45,939 bases of DNA, taken from the NCBI GenBank assembly GCA_964385385.1, contig CAYLPA010000003.1, positions 2,210-48,148 on the forward strand, given 5' to 3'. The position numbers and the translations under genes are program-made. Positions 1 to 6,491 of the stretch are shown in pieces; positions within the stretch are counted from its first letter, which is position 1, and the number at the start of each line of letters is the position of its first letter. The stretch is from an uncultured Saprospiraceae bacterium. GTDB taxonomy: Bacteria > Bacteroidota > Bacteroidia > Bacteroidales > CAYLPA01. Below the pieces are notes generated by a model. That model was not told where the DNA came from, did not search any database, and was given only the letters and a program-made list of their open reading frames with translations.

Positions 1-562
1 TAACAGGGTTTTGGTGGATATAATTAAAGCATATTTGTGGATATTGTTTTTCGGGGTATTGAATATTGATTTGAGTTACTCCATTAACAGTAAAGAATGA
101 TGGAGAAACTCTATTAACAGTAAAGAATGATGGAGAAACTCCATTTGTATTGTTAAGACATTCGGCTTTGGTTGCTTTCCTAAACAATGCTCCAGTTGTG
201 CTACGTTGCTTGTTTATAGCCCTGGTGTAGCTTCTTAACATAACTCCAATCGAATCATTAAAGGACTGCCTTTTCTCAGTCAGGGTTTGACTTTGAGTCA
301 AGCCCTGACTTGCTCTAAAACTCGAAGTCGCACTCCGACTGAGTTTATTCAATTCACTCCGACTTAGTTCCAATTCGTTAACCAATACCATCCAATGAAA
401 ATGATTAGGCATAAGGCAATATGCTAAAATATCGCAGAAGGGAAGTAAATGAGTTTTCATTTTCTTAAGGAAAAACAAATAGTTTTCTCTTTCAAAAAAA
501 ATCTTTTGTCGATTGTTTCCTTGATTGTAGATGTGGTAGATATATCCTTTTTCTATTTGCAT
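1..562 (-). CDS. REP-associated tyrosine transposase (RAYT, IS200-like Y1/HUH family), N-terminal 187 codons; continues past the left edge
   Basis: Absent from the ORF track because it is open at the window edge. Manual reverse-strand translation from the ATG at 562-560 has no stop down to position 2. It reads MQIEKGYIYHIYNQGNNRQKIFF...ILAYCLMPNHFHWMV (HUH motif)...MLRSYTRAINKQRSTTGALFRK...CFNYIHQNPV (catalytic-Tyr region typical of RAYT/Y1 transposases). Confidence 0.8.
   Translation of the reverse strand, partial: MQIEKGYIYHIYNQGNNRQKIFFERENYLFFLKKMKTHLLPFCDILAYCLMPNHFHWMVLVNELELSRSELNKLSRSATSSFRASQGLTQSQTLTEKRQSFNDSIGVMLRSYTRAINKQRSTTGALFRKATKAECLNNTNGVSPSFFTVNRVSPSFFTVNGVTQINIQYPEKQYPQICFNYIHQNPV
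81..140. repeat. 30-bp tandem duplication (2 copies, 1 mismatch) inside the RAYT CDS
   Basis: ccattaacagtaaagaatgatggagaaact (81-110) and ctattaacagtaaagaatgatggagaaact (111-140). In frame; encodes GVSPSFFTVN / RVSPSFFTVN on the minus strand. Confidence 0.95.
278..365. repeat. REP-like palindromes embedded in frame in the RAYT coding sequence
   Basis: Palindrome agtcagggtttgact-ttg-agtcaagccctgact (278-310; 15-nt arms, 1 mismatch). REP unit aagtcgcactccgact (325-340), identical to the right arm of the 5167-5199 hairpin. Half unit cactccgactt (355-365). All are much more GC-rich than their surroundings. Confidence 0.85.
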
Positions 563-593
563 TTATTTATGTATAAGTTTGTAGTTGTAAGCT

Positions 594-693
594 AGTCGGA
601 GCGCGACTTACTTAGAGTCGGAGTGCGACTTACTTAGAGTCGGAGTGCGACTTGGAGTCGCACCCCGACTTGTTTCAAGTTGCACCCCGACTT
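594..693. repeat. REP cluster (BIME-like): 3 direct + 2 inverted copies of a 16-nt GC-rich unit
   Basis: agtcggagYgcgactt at 594-609, 616-631 and 638-653 (22-bp period, spacer acttag). Inverted copies agtcgcaccccgactt at 656-671 and agttgcaccccgactt at 678-693. Copy 3 and the first inverted copy form a 15-bp stem with 1 mismatch. The cluster lies 17 nt after the cas9 stop and 32 nt upstream of the RAYT ATG. Confidence 0.9.
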
Positions 694-710
694 AATCAAC
701 TAATAGATAA

Positions 711-3700
711 TTAATACTCTCCTTCTTTTACTATTTGTCCTAAATGGTTAATACGAACTTTAATAATTCCTACTAAATGTGGTGTACTTTGAATAAGCCT
801 ATATGCAACTTTATCAAGCTCTTTGCTAGTATCAACATTAGTTTCCAAATGATGTCTAAACATATAATTTTTCGCAGCAATCTTTTGCACCCTAAACAAA
901 TTTGGACTAATCCTACCTGCATTTTCAGGATTAAGTAAATCAATTTCATTAGGATTAAAAACATCAGAAGGAAAAACAAAATATTCATTTTGTTTCATTG
1001 TAAATAAGAATTCCCAACCTTTATCCTTATTAAAAGATTTATTTATAATTGGTAATCCCTGCCTGCTTCTTTCAACTGCCTGATAAAATGAAACTACATC
1101 TTCTTGAAAATCCCCCTTTTCATCTTGATAAATCGCCACATGATGATTATTTCCCGTACTTACAAAATCAACTGCCTGCTTATTTCCATTTTCATCTAAA
1201 ATAAGTTTACCATTATGGTCTTTTTTATCGTGCAGGGCAATGACATTACTTACACCAGAAATAGTAACTCGCTTTATACAAATACTCTTTTCTTCATTCA
1301 ACCAAATTGGATTTTCATCAAGATTTGAGAAAGCAGTCTCAAGAACTTTCTTTTTCTCTGAAACTTTTAAAACTGAATTATTGAATTTTTCAACTTCAAT
1401 TCTTGTATTTTCATACCTTTCTGTAAGAATCTGTTTTATTTTTTCATCATAAATATTTCCAATTCTTTTATAAAAATCATCTTTTTTCTTTGAGTCTTTA
1501 AACAAATCTGGAGCTATTTTCTCTCTTTTTGTAAACCTTTCATCTTTCCAAACCAGTTTTACCTTTTCCGGTACTTCAATTGTTTTCGCTTCGTCAATAT
1601 AAATAGGATTTTTTGTTGGAGAATTTTTTCCACCAAAAGCTTTTTTAGGATTTCCTTCAAATTCTGCAAGTCTCATTAACAAAGCTTCTCGGTAAGATTG
1701 TTTGGCTACTTTTTTGATTTTATCTAAATCGAATTTTGTTCCAATTTTTTCTTCTTTAGTCTCATATTGTTGAATTTTACCATAAACAGTTTCTTTATGC
1801 AATTGTCCTCTTGGAGTAAGTTCAATTTTTTCTTTGTGATTATCTTTTCCTTTAGCTTTTATTTTGTTCTTGTTTCTCGTAACAACTTTATTTTTTGCTT
1901 TAAAAGAAATCAATATATTTTCTAATTGCTTTTTTGCTTCTGCTCTGAATTCATCAATCTGCATTGGAGGTTTAAACAAGAGTTTATTATTTTTATCTCT
2001 ATATAAGTATTTCTGTTCTATTCCATAAACTTCGTGATATTTTTTATGAGTTTCATTATTTCTTGCATTCAAATTGTTTAAATACTGAACATGACTATAA
2101 GATGTGAAAGCAGCAGTTAACGCATCCATTGCATGATGCCGATGGTCATTACGTTTTGTCCAATCCTTGATTTTTTTCTCTTCCCGTCCGTTTTTCCCTT
2201 CAATAGTTTCAATTAAACCTAATTTATCATATTTAGGAAAGTTCAAATCTTTCATCACATTAACTAATTGCCAATCGCTTCGTAATCGGTTAGTAATGCT
2301 TCCTGTTGTTGTGTTAACAGTCCTAACAACTTCTTCCAACATTTGTTTAGCTTTTTTAGCAATATATTGGCTATTGCGTAAATCACGGTCAATAAAACCA
2401 TCTGGAATCTCAGATGATTTCATTTTAAGTTTATTGTATTTTGACTTTTTGATAATACCTCTTTTTAGAAGACTTTCTATTCTTTCTAAATACTGCTCAA
2501 ATTCGACTTCATTAAGTTCTTTTTCCTTTAAAAAGTCATAAGCAGTATCATTTGATTTTCTAATATTAACTTCGCGTTTTGAAAGTGTTTTATTTGAAAA
2601 TGAATCATCAAATAACTTAGCTTGCGGAATTATATGTTCAATATCAAATTCTTTTGAAAATAACTTTTCCTTAGGAATATATTTATTAGTATAAATTGTT
2701 TTATGTCCGTTGCTTTCAAGTTCCTGCCATAATTTATATCTGATAATATCGTTTCTAGTAACTTTCGTAATACCAAAATCAGATTGAAGCAGCTTTCTAA
2801 TTTTATCATGTTTAATGGTGGCTTGATTAATATCTTTTGTTGCTTTTTCTCTTTCCTTTGCACTTTTCTTTAAATCACGAGCTAACTCAATCCTAATCTC
2901 ATCTGGTTTTCCTAAACTTTCATCCGCGATAATTGCATTTATCACATTAACCATTTGATTTAAAATTTTCTCAACAATTGGATTTCTTAAGGAGTTTTTG
3001 GGTAATAATTCTAATTTGTTTTTCAGTTCTCTGGAAGCTAATTCATTTTTATTTAGTGAGTGAGAGTGATTATATCCTGCATGAAAACAGGCAACATCAT
3101 ACCCATTTCCTTCTTTTAAATGGGGCAAGATTTTTCGTATTGCACGATTACATAAACTTCCATGGTCATCCTGAAGTTTTATATTTGCGATTATTTTTGC
3201 ATAATCTTTTTTGAAGCCGAATTTTGTTTCAAGTTTCTCTAAAAGTTTTTCAATTCCTGATTGTGAATTATCACCTTCATAAGAATAAAGCAAATGCCAT
3301 AATTGCATAATTGCTTGTTTGTCAAAATCATTTCCTTCAATTTCTGTGTCAAATGAAAGAATATCTGTATTAATCCCTAATTCAAGAAACTTCGTGCTAA
3401 CGATTTCATTTATAGTATCAGATTTCATCGAAAAGTTAAAATCTTCATTTTCAAATTCTAAAATTTTCTGGTAAGCTTGGTAAAGTGCTGCATTTGTCCT
3501 GTTTCCTTCTATACTATTAAAATTAAGCTCATATTCATTTGGTTTTTTGGATAAAATTTTAAGTACTTCCTTATCTGTCAATTTATTCCTAATATTAAGT
3601 TCTTGAAATAAAAGTTGTTTTGTTTCAAGCTCAAGAACATACTTTTCACGTGTTTTCAAATCCTTAATTTCAAGATTATTTAATATTTGCCAGATTTTAA

Positions 3701-4889
3701 ACTCTTGAAATAAAGGTGATGATTTTGGAATAGCTTTATGATGTTTTTCAAATTCACAATTGCTAATATGATGTTTTTGGGATTTTAATCTTCGCTGATA
3801 GAAAATTATTATATCTCGAATTTCTGTTTTAAGCTCAGGAGTTAGTTCAGGATAAAATTCTTTTTGTTTTCCCCAAATTGCATTGAATTCATCTAAGTAA
3901 TCTTGTCTGTAAAAAACCTGATTTTTCAATCTTGTATGGGAATTCAATTTTAATTGATTGAACAAATATTCTCCAACAGTTTGTTTGTTAAATATTAGTT
4001 CTTTACTCCTGTCACTTATTGCACCAAGATAGCCGCTTGATGAATTAATATTGTTATTTATTTCAACAATAACATAAGCAACTTCTTCTTTTGTTAATTG
4101 TTGAGAGAAGGCTTCACTTCTCCATTTATATGCTTGTAATTTTGCTTCATCACGTTTTCCTTTGTTTTCAGCGAGATAGATTCCATATTTAGCTAAAAAT
4201 ATTTTTGAAGTTGCTTGTTTGCCTTTTCCATTTAATTGTTCTCTGAATTCATCATTCAATATTTCAGGATAGAATTGTTTTTGATAATTCCATATTTTAT
4301 CTAATTCACTAATCAAATCAGAACGGTAAAAATCTGGTATATGCTTTTTTCCATTTTTCAGAATTTCATAAACGTACTGCCCAGAAGTTAAATCTTTTTC
4401 GTAAAGCGTCTTTGCAACTTCCATTCCATCAATTGCAGTTCCTTCATCATCTGATTGTGCTTTCCTACTGCTTTTATAACCTCTCTTTTTGTTAATCATT
4501 AAAAACACTTTGGCTAAATTTTCTTTTGATATTTTTTCACACACAGCTTTTGCTCGTAACTCATAAGTTGAAAATGTTGTGTTTTTGCCATCTTCAGATA
4601 GAATAGTGCTGGCATTTATAAAATCAATCTTTAAAAGGACTTCTAATAATGCTTTTCTTCGGAGTTGATATCTATCAAGATTTCTTCTAGCTCCTCGCTT
4701 TAAAGTTCTATCAGCATTGATTGAAGTTGCTTTTCCTTTTAAAAAATCATTTTCTTCATCCGTTGAAATTGGAATTACTCTTACACCAAGTTTTTCTATT
4801 GATGATTTTTCATTTTCGTTTTCAGCTTCATTAACATAAGCCCAGCCTATAGAAGTAGTTCCCAAATCCAAACCTAAAATTTTTTTCAT
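711..4889 (-). CDS. cas9: Cas9 endonuclease, type II-C-like (Bacteroidota-style), catalytic motifs intact
   Basis: RuvC-I MKKILGLDLGTTSIGWAYV. Arg-rich bridge helix RTLKRGARRNLDRYQLRRKALL. RuvC-II DEIRIELARDL. HNH FDIEHIIPQAKLFDDSFSNKTLSKREVNIRKSND (compare SpCas9 [32 protein letters not shown]). RuvC-III NDHRHHAMDALTAAF. Single 1392-aa ORF. Confidence 0.95.
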   Translation of the reverse strand: MKKILGLDLGTTSIGWAYVNEAENENEKSSIEKLGVRVIPISTDEENDFLKGKATSINADRTLKRGARRNLDRYQLRRKALLEVLLKIDFINASTILSEDGKNTTFSTYELRAKAVCEKISKENLAKVFLMINKKRGYKSSRKAQSDDEGTAIDGMEVAKTLYEKDLTSGQYVYEILKNGKKHIPDFYRSDLISELDKIWNYQKQFYPEILNDEFREQLNGKGKQATSKIFLAKYGIYLAENKGKRDEAKLQAYKWRSEAFSQQLTKEEVAYVIVEINNNINSSSGYLGAISDRSKELIFNKQTVGEYLFNQLKLNSHTRLKNQVFYRQDYLDEFNAIWGKQKEFYPELTPELKTEIRDIIIFYQRRLKSQKHHISNCEFEKHHKAIPKSSPLFQEFKIWQILNNLEIKDLKTREKYVLELETKQLLFQELNIRNKLTDKEVLKILSKKPNEYELNFNSIEGNRTNAALYQAYQKILEFENEDFNFSMKSDTINEIVSTKFLELGINTDILSFDTEIEGNDFDKQAIMQLWHLLYSYEGDNSQSGIEKLLEKLETKFGFKKDYAKIIANIKLQDDHGSLCNRAIRKILPHLKEGNGYDVACFHAGYNHSHSLNKNELASRELKNKLELLPKNSLRNPIVEKILNQMVNVINAIIADESLGKPDEIRIELARDLKKSAKEREKATKDINQATIKHDKIRKLLQSDFGITKVTRNDIIRYKLWQELESNGHKTIYTNKYIPKEKLFSKEFDIEHIIPQAKLFDDSFSNKTLSKREVNIRKSNDTAYDFLKEKELNEVEFEQYLERIESLLKRGIIKKSKYNKLKMKSSEIPDGFIDRDLRNSQYIAKKAKQMLEEVVRTVNTTTGSITNRLRSDWQLVNVMKDLNFPKYDKLGLIETIEGKNGREEKKIKDWTKRNDHRHHAMDALTAAFTSYSHVQYLNNLNARNNETHKKYHEVYGIEQKYLYRDKNNKLLFKPPMQIDEFRAEAKKQLENILISFKAKNKVVTRNKNKIKAKGKDNHKEKIELTPRGQLHKETVYGKIQQYETKEEKIGTKFDLDKIKKVAKQSYREALLMRLAEFEGNPKKAFGGKNSPTKNPIYIDEAKTIEVPEKVKLVWKDERFTKREKIAPDLFKDSKKKDDFYKRIGNIYDEKIKQILTERYENTRIEVEKFNNSVLKVSEKKKVLETAFSNLDENPIWLNEEKSICIKRVTISGVSNVIALHDKKDHNGKLILDENGNKQAVDFVSTGNNHHVAIYQDEKGDFQEDVVSFYQAVERSRQGLPIINKSFNKDKGWEFLFTMKQNEYFVFPSDVFNPNEIDLLNPENAGRISPNLFRVQKIAAKNYMFRHHLETNVDTSKELDKVAYRLIQSTPHLVGIIKVRINHLGQIVKEGEY

Positions 4890-4916
4890 AATATTTGTAT
4901 TTTATATTTTTTTCAT

Positions 4917-4924
4917 TATATTTG
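4917..4924 (+). promoter_or_regulatory. Bacteroidota -7 promoter box (TAnnTTTG) for the tracrRNA
   Basis: TATATTTG at 4917-4924 matches the Bacteroidetes sigma-A -7 consensus and lies just 5' of the anti-repeat. It is only 28-35 nt from the divergent cas9 ATG. Confidence 0.5.
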
Positions 4925-4929
4925 CAGTA

Positions 4930-5012
4930 CAAATTGAAGCAATTCACAATAAGGATTATTCCGTTGTGAAAACATTTAAAGCGGCATCTTCGGATGTCGC
5001 TTTCTTTTTTTT
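4930..5012 (+). ncRNA. tracrRNA (anti-repeat + nexus + terminator hairpin)
   Basis: caaattgaagcaattcacaaTAAGGattatTCCGTTgtgaaaa... closely parallels the SpCas9 tracrRNA core ...AAAATAAGGCTAGTCCGTTATCAA. It ends in a GC hairpin plus T-run. The complement of the anti-repeat, (G)TTGTGAATTGCTTCAATTTG..., resembles the GTTGTG-type repeats of Bacteroidota II-C arrays. The 5' end is inferred from the promoter box, not observed. Confidence 0.8.
4981..5012 (+). terminator. Rho-independent terminator of the tracrRNA
   Basis: gcggcatc-ttcg-gatgtcgc (8-bp stem with one G.U, UUCG loop) followed by tttctttttttt. Confidence 0.8.
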
Positions 5013-5116
5013 ACAATTCCATTTATCTTTTCTTTTTCCTTTTTTCTAATTCTTTAAAAATGATAAATATACGAATAAATAATCAATTACAAATACTATT
5101 TTAGTATTTTCTATGC

Positions 5117-5250
5117 TTTTTAATAAAAATCAATTATGCTAAATTGAAAAAATGAATGTTTGTAGTAGTCGGAGCGCGACTTGGAGTCGCACTCCGACTT
5201 ATAGATTTATTAATAAAATCAATTGTGTTAATTTGAAAAACGAATGTTTT
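5117..5250 (+). repeat. Pair of ~44-bp imperfect direct repeats (about 85% identical) bracketing a REP hairpin
   Basis: DR1 5117-5161 tttttaataaaaatcaattatgctaaattgaaaaaatgaatgttt. DR2 5207-5250 ttattaataaaatcaattgtgttaatttgaaaaacgaatgtttt. DR2 contains TTGTG. Its segment 5219-5235 can pair with the tracrRNA at 4930-4946 at 15 of 17 positions (2 are G.U). Confidence 0.8.
5167..5199. repeat. REP hairpin, same family as 594-693
   Basis: agtcggagcgcgact-tgg-agtcgcactccgact (15-nt arms, 1 mismatch). It is preceded by gtttgtagt, which also precedes the left REP cluster (577-585). Confidence 0.9.
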
Positions 5251-5327
5251 AATTTTTTTATTAATTTTGGATAAATATTTGTAATGCTGTTTTGCATATC
5301 ATTTCTATTTTTAAAAATTTATTTACC

Positions 5328-6491
5328 ATGAAAAAAATATTTTACGCATTTTTGATATTATCTTTATTAACAGGATGCACATCATCAAAAAAGTATTTAC
5401 AGAGAGGCAGCTATGATTCTGCGATAAATAAGTCAGTTAAAAAACTTATTAAAAAGCCCGACAAAGAAAAAGAGATAGCTGTTTTGGAGCAAGCATATCG
5501 AATGGCAAACCAATCGGATAATGACAGGATAAAATTTCTTAAACAAAGTGGTCAGCCGGAAATTTGGGATGAAGTTTTTAAACGACTTAATAATATGAAA
5601 AATAGGCAAGCAAATGTAAAACGCCTTCAATCAAGTGTTCTGGCCAAAATCAATTTTGCCCCAATTGATTACGACAGTGAAATAATATCTGCAAAGAAAA
5701 AAGCGGCAGAATATTTTTATGTTCATGCATCGGAACTTCTCAAGAAGAATGAAAAATTTGCTGCAAGACAAGCTTATGAGGAATTTATAAAAGTTAAGAA
5801 TTACTACAGTTCATATAAAGATGTTGATAGAAAAATTAATGAAGCTTATGTTTTAGGTGTAAATCACGTTCTTTTTAAAATGCAAAATAAATCTGGTATA
5901 GCTCTGCCAAAAAATTTCGAATCGGATTTATTAAAAATAAGTCTAAAAGAACTTAACAATAAATGGATAGATTATGATACGCGACAAGATAGGAATTTAT
6001 TTTATGATTATACTATTCAGTTGGATTTAAAACTTATTAATATTACCCCTGAACTCGTAAAACAAAGGGATTACTCAGAATCAAAGAAAGTTGAAGATGG
6101 CTGGCAATATGTTTTAGACAATAGTGGAAATGTTATGAAAGATAGCTCCGGGAATGACCTAAAAGTTAAAAAATATAAAACTATTACCTGCTATATTACA
6201 GAAACTCATTTAACAAAAAAAGCTATTGTAAGCGGAAGTCTTGATTATTATGATAACCGAACAAAACAATTGATAAAAACCGACGCTGTTACTACAGAAT
6301 CATTTTTTGACCATACTTTTGGTATTGCAAAAGGTGATTTGAATGCAATAACAAAAAAATCAAGACAATTGATAAGAACAAAACCACTTCCTTTTCCTCC
6401 AAATCTGGAAATGATTTACAGAACTAACGAGAACCTAAAGAAAATGACAAAAGACATTATTAACAGGAATAAGCGTTTGGTTGAAAATTAG
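5328..6491 (+). CDS. Lipoprotein of unknown function
   Basis: The ORF track begins at a TTG (5292). The ATG at 5328 gives MKKIFYAFLILSLLTGCTSS, a signal peptide with a lipobox Cys. No family recognised. Confidence 0.7.
   Translation: MKKIFYAFLILSLLTGCTSSKKYLQRGSYDSAINKSVKKLIKKPDKEKEIAVLEQAYRMANQSDNDRIKFLKQSGQPEIWDEVFKRLNNMKNRQANVKRLQSSVLAKINFAPIDYDSEIISAKKKAAEYFYVHASELLKKNEKFAARQAYEEFIKVKNYYSSYKDVDRKINEAYVLGVNHVLFKMQNKSGIALPKNFESDLLKISLKELNNKWIDYDTRQDRNLFYDYTIQLDLKLINITPELVKQRDYSESKKVEDGWQYVLDNSGNVMKDSSGNDLKVKKYKTITCYITETHLTKKAIVSGSLDYYDNRTKQLIKTDAVTTESFFDHTFGIAKGDLNAITKKSRQLIRTKPLPFPPNLEMIYRTNENLKKMTKDIINRNKRLVEN

Noticed and set aside
594-693. The regularly spaced 16-nt repeats (22-bp period) next to cas9 might be a CRISPR array.
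   Set aside because: The 'spacers' are an identical 6-nt acttag. Two units are inverted and form hairpins. The unit has no complementarity to the tracrRNA anti-repeat. The same unit recurs at 325-340 and 5167-5199. This is REP/BIME behaviour, not CRISPR.
773-3214. Short ORFs inside or antisense to cas9 (773-988, 1240-1452, 2167-2541, 2630-2863, 2978-3214).
   Set aside because: They lie entirely within the 1392-aa Cas9 ORF, give low-complexity Leu/Phe/Ile-rich translations typical of AT-rich off-frame reading, and show no motifs.
711-4889. Cas9 might be a nuclease-dead or degenerate remnant, given the missing array.
   Set aside because: The RuvC-I Asp, RuvC-II Glu, HNH His/Asn and RuvC-III His/Asp contexts are all present, and the ORF is uninterrupted.
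5074-5095. A third copy of the DR1/DR2 repeat.
   Set aside because: Similarity is limited to about 16-20 nt of AT-rich sequence (aataaataatcaatta) and the rest does not align. It is mentioned only as weak support for a tandem-duplication origin.
5292-5327. The TTG start proposed by the ORF track for the lipoprotein gene.
   Set aside because: The ATG at 5328 yields a canonical signal peptide with a lipobox (MKKIFYAFLILSLLTGC). The 12 extra residues add nothing.
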